Positions 12,032 through 20,000 of a stretch of 20,000 nucleotides of DNA are shown piece by piece. A model generated the notes under the pieces. That model did no database searches and was not told the DNA's origin. It was given only the letters and a program-made list of their open reading frames with translations. The stretch's first letter is position 1. The number at the start of each line of letters is the position of its first letter. The translations under genes and the position numbers were made by a program. The DNA comes from Blastocystis sp. subtype 4 (taxonomy: Eukaryota). The stretch spans positions 45,363-65,362 of the forward strand of contig NW_014569480.1 in assembly GCF_000743755.1 (NCBI RefSeq), written 5' to 3'.

Positions 12032-13441
12032 ATGAACTTTCTGAATCAGGCTAAGGGACTTGTAGCGTAAGCAATGAATGAATTATGAGTCTTATGGGTT
12101 AGCAAGAAGACGGAACTGGAGAAGACTCTGGATCAGGCTCTTTCGAATGAGAACTGGGGTGCTTCTGGAACGATGTTGAGCGATATTGCTCAGGCTTCCT
12201 ACAATGAGTATTCTGTGGGTTGTGGGTTTCTGATATCTAGTGCTGATTACCAGGTGATCAAGGAAGCTATTTTCAAGGCTCTGGCTTCCCAACCCAAGTA
12301 TTGGAAGATCATTTTCAAGGTATGTGGTATTGAATAGATTTGAGAGTGAGGCATTGAACTTGATCGATCACTTGATCCGAAATGGATCTCCTCGTATGAT
12401 TGATGACGCTCGTGACAACATCGAGAAGTTGCGTTCTCTTCAGGAGTTCAGTTTCAAGGAGCAACAGTATGATCGTGGTAATGGAGGTAGGAATGGTCTA
12501 GGAATGGTCTAGGAAAGTGAGGTGTAGTTCGTGAGAAGTCCTCCCAGATCATTGAGCTTCTGGATGATGACCAGCGTCTCCGTTTCGAGCGTAAGAAGGC
12601 AAAGGAACTGAAGCAGAAGCTGGCTTCTCGTCAGAATGCTGTTGGTGGAGGTGCTCCCGCCTCAGCTGGTCCTCAGGTGCGTCAGGCTCGTCAGGCCCGT
12701 CCGATGGGTCGTGGTCGTTATGATGACGATGAGGATGACTACCGTCCTCGTCGCAAGCCTCGTTTTGAGGACGATGATGAAGATGATTATCGTCCTAAGA
12801 AGAAGACGACTCGTCGTACAGATGTGAGTGATGAGGAAGAGGAACGTCCTCGTCGTAAGCCTGCAAAGAAGGCGTCTCGTTATGATGACGATGAAGAGGA
12901 GGAAGAGCGTCCGAAGAAGAGACCTGTGAAGAAGGCTGCTAAGAAGGTGGCTGATGATGATGACTTCGAGGAGGAGGAGGAGAAGCCTAAGAAGAAGCCT
13001 GTGAAGAAGGCTGCTAAGAAGGTTGTGGAGGAGGATGACTTCGAGGAGGAGGAGAAGCCCAAGAAGAAGGCTCCTGCGAAGAAGGCTGCAAAGAAGCCTG
13101 TGGAGGAGGAAGAGGAGTTTGGTGAGGAGGCCGAAGAGCCTGAACCTGCTGGAGAGGATGATCTGATGGATATGTTCTCAAATGCTGTCGCTTCAACTCC
13201 TGCGGACACAAGTGCTGCTGGTGCTTATGATTATAGCTATGGAGCCAGTGGTAATGATGCTTATGGAGGTATGGTGGATCTGTCATCTCTGAGTATGGAC
13301 AACTCGGCTCAACAGCAACAGTCACAACAGGCCTATGGATATGGTGCTTATGGATATGGTGCCCAACAGCCTCAGCAACAAGGCTATGGCTATGGAGGCT
13401 ATGGCTATGGACAGCAGGGATTCGGAGGATATGGCTATTAG
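12032..13441 (+). CDS. ENTH-domain protein (epsin/epsinR-like)
   Basis: Four introns (31-41 nt) give ALSNENWGASGTMLSDIAQASYN...YWKIIFKALNLIDHLIRNGS...YDRGNGVREKS...IIELLDDDQRLRFERKKAK, a typical ENTH domain, followed by a charged low-complexity linker and a GYG/Q-rich tail. TAG at 13439-13441. Confidence 0.9.
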
Positions 13442-13467
13442 TTCCTTTGTTATTGTATTGAAATTAA

Positions 13468-13475
13468 TGTTTGTT
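13468..13475 (+). terminator. Polyadenylation element TGTTTGTT of the ENTH gene
   Basis: Exact motif 26 nt after the stop. Confidence 0.75.
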
Positions 13476-13563
13476 CGAATCTGAGAAGGATTGGGCATTT
13501 TGTACGGAAACTCCAATGTAACCCCTATTTGTTTGCCATATTTCTTTTGCTGTACGAATTACC

Positions 13564-15791
13564 ATGGGATCCGTATTTTCTTGTGACTCTAACTTCCGAC
13601 TTCCTCCGTTTGAATACCATGATCGTTTTGTCGAGATTTGATTGAAGTGTGATTGGTAGTATCCATTTCCCATTGCCAAGCCAGTAGAGGGTGACGCAAA
13701 GAGTGGAATATATCGGGGACTGGATTCTCTGGACAAACTGTGGGATCATCCAATTCCATCAAAACCGTGGATTAATACGAGCTTGTAGAGATTAAAATGT
13801 AAAGTAAGAGCTAGGGAAGTACTGAAAAACTCGTATAAGGAACATCCCAATTCACGATCTCTAGGTCAGCGTGTAATTAATCCAGATGGAACGCGAGGAG
13901 ATTACGAGTATCTCACTTACAAACAACTGTATCCTCTTGTAGTTCAATTGGGACGGAGCATGCGAAAACAATTCCCGTGGCTGGAACGTCAAGGTCGTGT
14001 TGGATTCTTCGGGAAGAATTGTAGAGATCTTCAACTATTTAGTCTTTCCTTGCAGTCTCAGGATCAGATCTCCGTCCCCATTTACGATACGTTGGGAGAC
14101 GAAGCTGTCCGTTATGTGATTGAACATTCTGAAATGACTGTGATGGCTGTAACCGAAGAGAAGTTACCTCTTCTGGCGAAATGCTTATCGAAAACTGGTT
14201 TGATTCGTGCTATTGTTCTCTTAAATGTGCCAAAGACAAGTGAGGTACTTCGTTCCTTCAAGGAAGCGATCAACAAGGACATTCGTGTTCTTCACTTTGA
14301 AGAAGTGTTTATTTTTGGAATGACTCATTTCTAGCTGGCTTGTGTACCTCTTGAAGATCCTGTGGTCGAGACTGCTGATGACTGGCTACCTTCAGGAGAT
14401 TCTCTGGAATACATTCTTTATACGAGTGGAACCACGGGAAATCCGAAAGGAGTCATGCTTCGCCATTCAGCTATGCTCATTGTATCAACATCTTTTATTA
14501 ATTATATTGTATTATAATATGAGTAGAATGATTTTATAGATTAAGAATGGATGGAATTATACAGATGAGGATGGCATGTTCTCCTATCTTCCATTAGCTC
14601 ATGGATATGAAACAGCTGTAGAATTTGCACTAATGATATTAGGATCTCGTATTACATATTACAGTGGATCTTTGCATATGTTGGTGGATGATCTGAAATA
14701 TGCTAAACCTTCATTGTTTATTGCTGTTCCTCGTGTGTTACAGAACATTCAACAGACTATTCTTGAAACATTCCAGAAGCAGAGTTGGATCAAACGAAAG
14801 ATAATACAGTGGTGTCTCTGGCGTCAGACTCTTGCTCATCGCAAGGGCTATCGCATTGCTCTTTATGATAAACTTGTGTTTAATCAGATCAAGAATACCT
14901 TTGGAGGCAATATCAAATGCTTTGCTTCTGGAGCTGCTCCTCTCTCTGGTGAATTGAGTGAGTTCCTTCAAGTGTGTTTTGGGGTCCCAATTCTTGAAGG
15001 ATATGGTCTCACTGAAACTGCCGCTGCTTGTTCAATGACAATAAATAATGGGCATGTGGTGTATTATTCAGTGGGAACACCATTATGTGGTCAGGAGATC
15101 TGTCTACGATCAGTTCCTGAGATGGGTTACACTACAGAAGATACTCCTTATCCCCGTGGGGAGGTTCTTGTTCGAGGTCCAGCCATGTTCAATGGGTATT
15201 ATAAGAACCCTGAGTTGACGAAGAAGGTGGTGGAGCCAGATGGTTGGTTCCATACTGGTGATATTGGTCAGATCAATCCTGATGGTGGTCTTTCAGTTAT
15301 TGATAGGATCAAAAGTTTGCTGAAGTTGTCTCAAGGCGAGTATGTGGCAACAGAACGAGTAGAGGCAGTTTTTTCGGAATGCGCTTGGGTGTCGCAAGTG
15401 TTTATTTATGGTAATTCGTATGAGAATTGTTTGGTTGCTGTTGCTGCACCCAATCCTCATCTAGTCATTCCATATGCTCGTTCAATTGGTCTACCTGTGA
15501 AGGATACAAAGGAGGAAGGATGGCAGGAAGCATTAGCTGCTGCTTGTTGTGACCCTCAGGTCGTTGCAAAGGTGAAGGATGAGTTGAATGCGTATGGAAA
15601 GAAGATGGGTTTGAAGGGTTTTGAGATGATTAAGGGATTGTATGTGGATGGACATCTTGGTGCAATGAATCAGATCTTTGCAGTTGAGAATGGACTTATG
15701 ACACCAACGTTCAAATTGAAGAGAAAGGCGTGCTTTGACAAGTATCAGCCAATCATTAAGCAGTTGTATGAAGAGATTCACAAGAAGAAGT
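13564..15791 (+). CDS. Long-chain fatty acyl-CoA synthetase (LACS/ACSL type); stop probably completed by poly(A)
   Basis: Introns 13630-13659, 13785-13814, 14305-14334 and 14509-14539. Motifs YTSGTTGNPKGV, SYLPLAHGYE, EGYGLTET, DGWFHTGDIG, KLSQGEYVA and LMTPTFKLKR. End placed at T15791, 4 nt before TGTTTGTT. The first genomic in-frame stop is at 15827-15829. Confidence 0.9.
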
Positions 15792-15795
15792 TGAC

Positions 15796-15803
15796 TGTTT
15801 GTT
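15796..15803 (+). terminator. Polyadenylation element TGTTTGTT of the acyl-CoA synthetase
   Basis: Exact motif lying upstream of the first genomic stop codon. Confidence 0.8.
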
Positions 15804-15874
15804 GGTTATTACACAAGGTGTACAATTGATCCTCGTGTCGGAGAACACGACCATGGCGACACCATAATCGAATA

Positions 15875-16775
15875 ATGTCTAGAAGAGATCAACTCAGTGT
15901 AATCGATAGTTTGGCATTCGATTTGGAGCTGGTGAGAATCCATAGAGTGGATGATGCGTAGAAAACGTTCTTCTATTTGCGCGTTCATGACCTGAAAGAA
16001 CTTTCAGCAACGAACAATCGAATCAACAAGGTAATATCTAGCAAATACTTCTGGAAGGTGATTTACGAAAGAGATTTTAAAGCAACTCTCCCCGAGAGTG
16101 ATAATGTTTCTCCACAACATTTATATTATATCCGATCAATTAGCAGTTTCTTATCCATCGATCGCGCCAAGACCATGAACAATATGCTGTAGTTATTATT
16201 CGATGTTTCAATGTTCAGAAATGTCCTTCACCAGGCGAATCGTATTGAAACACCTATTCATATGACCTTTTCTCTAGGGATCTGGACTATCGAGTTTGAT
16301 GTCGACAATTATCGGATTTATTAATTGTAGAGGATATCAGGATACACGTTTCTGGAGGATAATCACCATCTCGGTATTGAATTGGCGTATACCAGCAATG
16401 GATGGTAGAACCGTTCTTTCATAATGATGATAGGTTTCGTTATCGTGCATACGATGGAGAACAATACTGTGTATACAGGTACGTGAGAGAGTGTGTTGTG
16501 ATTGTAGTTCAGCAGAAATCGTGAATCAGACTCTTCATATTGTAGAGCCATATGAGAGTACGATACAGCGTGGAATGGAGATTGGGGTTGCTTACAAATG
16601 GGGAGAATGGATTCTAATCAATGATATTGGAACCATCTATATTATAAATAACACTGATAAACGTCAAGCCTTAGTTCTCTCACCTTATGAGAGTGGATTT
16701 GTTTTTTATGCAACTGATAAGAATCCACTGAATTCAGAACGAGTGATAATTTATCCTAGTAAAAAATTAGAATGA
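15875..16775 (+). CDS. F-box domain protein with an uncharacterised C-terminal region
   Basis: Introns 15932-15961, 16189-16218, 16301-16330, 16405-16433 and 16479-16507 give one frame. N-terminus IDSLAFDLELKTFFYLRVHDLKELSATNNRINKVISSKYFWKVIYERDF fits an F-box pattern. TGA at 16773-16775. Confidence 0.7.
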
Positions 16776-16782
16776 CTCTTCT

Positions 16783-16796
16783 TGTTGTAATAAACA
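16783..16796. terminator. Bidirectional polyadenylation element TGTTGTAATAAACA
   Basis: Between the convergent F-box and RhoGEF genes; near-identical to 3229-3243. Confidence 0.6.
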
Positions 16797-16800
16797 CATA

Positions 16801-18542
16801 CAAGAAAAACTGTGAATGATCGAATTACAACATGGACATGCAATTGAGTCCCATCGATCAAGTAGATAACCACAACATGAGCATGTTTTGGTAGATTCAC
16901 GATGAGAGAGTTTCGATACGACTTTCTCTGCCCTTGCATCATAATAAAATGGATTGCCATTTCGATTGTAATATTTAGCATATCCAGCAGGACAATCATT
17001 CTCCCAATGGTCCTTAGGTAGAGACCATGAAGATAACCACAGTAATGGATTGAAGAAGTAACTCTTTCCATCTTCAGTCAAAGCTGAACCCCAGCCAGCA
17101 GGTAGTCTTGAGAGAGGATCATATGGATCACTCAGAATCCGCGGAAATGAAGGTCGAATGAATTTGGTTTTTCGTTCAATCACTTTTTGAATCGAATTTG
17201 TTGATGGAGCAACAGAGTGCCTATAAACATAACAGGATTTGCATAAGACAATTCCACTGTCATTTGATCCACAGGAATTAACCTGTTCTTCTTGCTGCCG
17301 GTTCTCATTATCTAAATACTCTTCAGGATCTAATCGATGTGTCAATTCTTCATATGTTCCTCCACAGTCATCACAGATCAAGAGATGACAATATGAACAC
17401 ACACAACAGCAACCTGGTTGAATGTGCTTATGACACATTGAACAGAGTGTCGTTGAAGCTTTGGCATTGCGATTAAAAAGACATAAGAATTCCCGTGATT
17501 CTTCCTTATCCTTTAATATCAGTTCCAGTATGAAGTTCTTTGTAACAAGTAGAAGGACTGTTCCATTTGAATGAATTGTAGCGAGAATTGATTCAAACAC
17601 TCGAAGCACTCGGATTTGCTTCTCTTTCACATAGGCATTTGTGATCACAATGAGATCGTTAAATAAGAACACTTTTACTGGAATTGGTTGGGAGTCATCT
17701 TTCTCTTGCAATTGGGCCATGTACTAACAATAATCAAAAACAATAATAGAGACTTTACGCATGATATATCGATTAGGTTTGATGACGGTATGTGTAGTGA
17801 CTGCATTCTGAAGAGTAATGAGTATCTGAGAATCTTCATCCCACTGGAGTGACTCGTCACACTTTGTAGCCACTTCGGAGATAGCATTTAGTGCATTCTA
17901 AAGGGAATTGAGAACGATTCGAAGTACGTGCAATGAAGGATAATCAGGATGAGAAGGATCTGTGTATTTGATAATCTCATTCAGTAACAAACGATAACGA
18001 GGTATCCGCTGAATTGGTTTGATTAGATAACTCTACACTCAAAAATGGTGACAACTCCTACAGGCAAAGGTAAACCCTTGCTTCGAGGATCCAGAAGTGT
18101 TTCAGAAAAGAATGTATTGATTGTCTTATCTTTACTCAGTTTCTTCAATACCATCGAAACATTCTTCTGTGATTGAATGTACACCTTATATCTACACTTG
18201 ATTATCCATTGAATATGAATACAGCTTCATGAATGGGGTATAATAGAGAAGTAACTTTCCAACACAGACTGATTCAAACCGATCCTTTCCGTTGCCATCA
18301 AAGCACAACGATGTCAACTCACTCAGAAACCTTCCATGAACTGACAGAATAGCTCGAATGTTACCAAAGAGAATGTACTCCATCTCCTCAGAAAGGATTT
18401 GACGGTCTTTCATAGGTTCAATGAACAACGTAACAATCCGTCTACATATCAACCAAGATATGCATCAATACCCTAAGTCCTCAACATATACCTTTTCGGT
18501 GTCATAGAGTTCCTTACACGCATACCAACGTTTCGTCACCAT
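16801..18542 (-). CDS. Dbl-family RhoGEF: DH + PH + FYVE-like zinc finger + two WW + C-terminal CxxC pair
   Basis: Five introns. DH motifs KELYDTEKVYVEDL, ILFGNIRAILSVH and SYLIKPIQRIPRYRLLL; PH motif VFLFNDLIVIT; Cys pattern CSMC..CSYCHLLICDDC...CKSC; WW LPAGW..EDGKSYFFN..SSWSLP. End placed at TG (16802-16801). The first genomic stop is at 16769-16767. Confidence 0.85.
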
Positions 18543-18680
18543 TTGTTCGGTAAACCAGAGATTCACTCCAAGAATCTAACGAACTAATAATCTAATATGT
18601 AAATTCCCGCGGGATAGAACTTCTTTTGTTTTCTTGTCAACTATCCTTTGCTAAGTGCAGTTATAGGATCCGTTCGAATC

Positions 18681-18995
18681 ATGATCATTCCAATTCGTTG
18701 TTTCACGTGTGGAAAGGTAGCATAGTTTGAAGAGTGTGGTTTATGGCATAGGTAGTAGGAAATAAATGGGAAGCTTACTTAAACTATCTGGAAAATGAAA
18801 ATATGGATGCTGCGTAAGAAATTCTGTTTGTCGTTTGATTTGTTCCTAGAACAGCTTTGGATAAATTGGGTCTTCACAGATACTGTTGTCGTCGAATGGT
18901 ATTGACTCATGTGGATTTGATTGAGACTCTGTTGAAGTATTCCAGTAGTAGCTGTCGGAATGGGTAAACGTTTAGATGCTCATTGCGAGAAGTAA
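18681..18995 (+). CDS. RPB10: RNA polymerase I/II/III shared subunit RPABC5
   Basis: Missing from the ORF track. Introns 18717-18751, 18814-18849 and about 18945-18975 give [22 protein letters not shown]...[24 protein letters not shown]. The last exon is less certain. Confidence 0.95.
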
Positions 18996-19019
18996 TTTCT
19001 ATGTAGTTTAGGATACTTT

Positions 19020-19034
19020 TGTTGTGAACAAACA
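19020..19034. terminator. Bidirectional polyadenylation element TGTTGTGAACAAACA
   Basis: Exact TGTTTGTT on - 3 nt after the PSF3 stop, abutting a degenerate TTGTTGT on + after RPB10. Confidence 0.65.
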
Positions 19035-19037
19035 GTA

Positions 19038-19757
19038 TCATGAAACACGACGTTTCTTTGTAGTGAATTCGCTATTTGTATATTCCATTTCTTGACATTT
19101 TCGCATCCACCAACTATTTTCAGCCACAACATCATTCACAATCTGGTGAAACAGGTGCTGCTCCAAGCTACAATCAAAAGACCAGCTGTACTACTCACTC
19201 TGTCATTTTGTTAAGAATTTCGGTATTGTCTTTGTCGAAACGACTCTTTGCTAGCCGAGTGATATACTGGGATCTATCTAGAAATGTCCTAAATGATATA
19301 TTCTTTCCAAATCATACCGCAATAAAAGAATCATGAGCGATGGATTCATTGACAATTGAGCATATCGCAGTCCCATTTCATAGAACGACGGACAACGATA
19401 GCGGATATTAATTACAGTCGGTTCAGCCCACAACTGGTTTCTACTTCTCAATACAGATACAAAACCCTACAGAAACTTATGTTGGTATGGAACGGGTTCT
19501 AATAAATCGACACAATGATCTCTGACTAGAGGAATTGCTATCCAGGCAGGGAGTTCCACTTCCGCATTAGTAGATACAGTCCCTTTTTCATCACTCTCTC
19601 GTAGACATTCGGCATCCAAGATGGTATATTTAGGCTTTATCTTTAACAAGACATCCTCCTCCAAGATGTTGTCTATTGAATAATAGTCATAATTGGGATC
19701 ATGAAGAGGAATAGTATTAGATTCTTCTTCCAATCCGGGAGTATCGAGAGAAGACAT
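19038..19757 (-). CDS. PSF3: GINS complex subunit Psf3
   Basis: DYYSIDNILEED...VELPAWIAIPL matches the Psf3 N-terminus. Three introns continue to LWAEPTVINIR..PSFYEMG..TFLDR..LEQHLF..KKRRVS*. ATG 19757 is preferred over the longer ORF-track start at 19814. Confidence 0.8.
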
Positions 19758-19854
19758 TATTGGAGGCAAATCACTCCTGAGACGAGAATCGCGGGAATCG
19801 AAACATCTAAGCATATGCGGAATAACTCTCTGTAGATTACATTGAATCTCAATA

Positions 19855-20000
19855 ATGTTTAATCTGCGTACCCTTTCTCAGAGGACTGTTCCCCTCGCAG
19901 CCAACAGTCTCCGAGCTGCCCTCGGTAAGAACGTACCGGGTTTGGGTTTGGAAATAGGCTGTAATAGCGTAGTAGTACAGCAGGTTGCTTCGGTAGTGTA
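19855..20000 (+). CDS. 5' end of a gene with a probable mitochondrial/MRO targeting presequence; product unknown
   Basis: ATG 19855, 30-nt GT-AG intron 19946-19975. Peptide MFNLRTLSQRTVPLAANSLRAALGKNVPGLVQQVASVV is Arg/Ser/Ala/Leu-rich with no acidic residues. Confidence 0.7.
   Translation, partial: MFNLRTLSQRTVPLAANSLRAALGKNVPGLGLEIGCNSVVVQQVASVV

Noticed and set aside
12636..13516. Overlapping and antisense ORFs in the ENTH gene
   Set aside because: Shadows of GC-rich low-complexity coding sequence.
13464..13749. Two minus-strand ORFs upstream of the acyl-CoA synthetase fragments
   Set aside because: Antisense to the synthetase's first exons.
14306..14313. TGTTTATT in an acyl-CoA synthetase intron as a premature poly(A) signal
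   Set aside because: Cleavage there would create no stop codon, and the variant occurs by chance elsewhere in the CDS.
1..18995. Functional clustering (XRN2, CTD phosphatase, RPB10; or PI4K, ENTH, FYVE-like GEF)
   Set aside because: Broad housekeeping categories in a dense genome; no evidence of co-regulation.
19076..19336. Plus-strand 86-aa ORF
   Set aside because: Antisense to spliced PSF3 exons.
19862..20000. GC-rich structured RNA or telomerase RNA candidate (GGGTTTGGGTTTGG, pseudoknot-like GACTGTT/AACAGTC and GCAGC/GCTGC pairings, cUUCGg loop)
   Set aside because: Explained more simply by a + strand CDS from ATG 19855 with a presequence-like peptide and a canonical 30-nt intron. No Sm site, Pol III terminator or RNase P/MRP consensus.

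Overview
Gene-dense eukaryotic nuclear DNA (roughly 40% GC by eye). About 60 tiny spliceosomal introns (mostly 28-31 nt, mode 30), intergenic gaps of tens to about 280 bp, and a TGTTTGTT-type element just downstream of nearly every gene together point to the stramenopile Blastocystis (inference). Manual splicing gives 11 genes: XRN2 (5'-truncated), a SAM-type mitochondrial carrier, an FCP1/SCP-type CTD phosphatase, a ~7.2 kb PI4-kinase III alpha, an ENTH/epsin-like protein, a long-chain acyl-CoA synthetase, an F-box protein, a DH-PH-FYVE-like-WW RhoGEF, RPB10, GINS Psf3 and the start of a presequence-bearing mitochondrial/MRO protein. Main signals: (i) a 41-nt AT-AG minor-spliceosome (U12-type) intron in the PI4K catalytic domain, with a hairpin spanning exactly the gap between its 5' site and branch site; (ii) stop codons probably created by polyadenylation (T+AA in the acyl-CoA synthetase, TG+A in the RhoGEF); (iii) a shared quasi-palindromic bidirectional 3'-end element between all three convergent gene pairs; (iv) a possible unannotated micro-gene. 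All exon structures were inferred by hand and have no transcript support.
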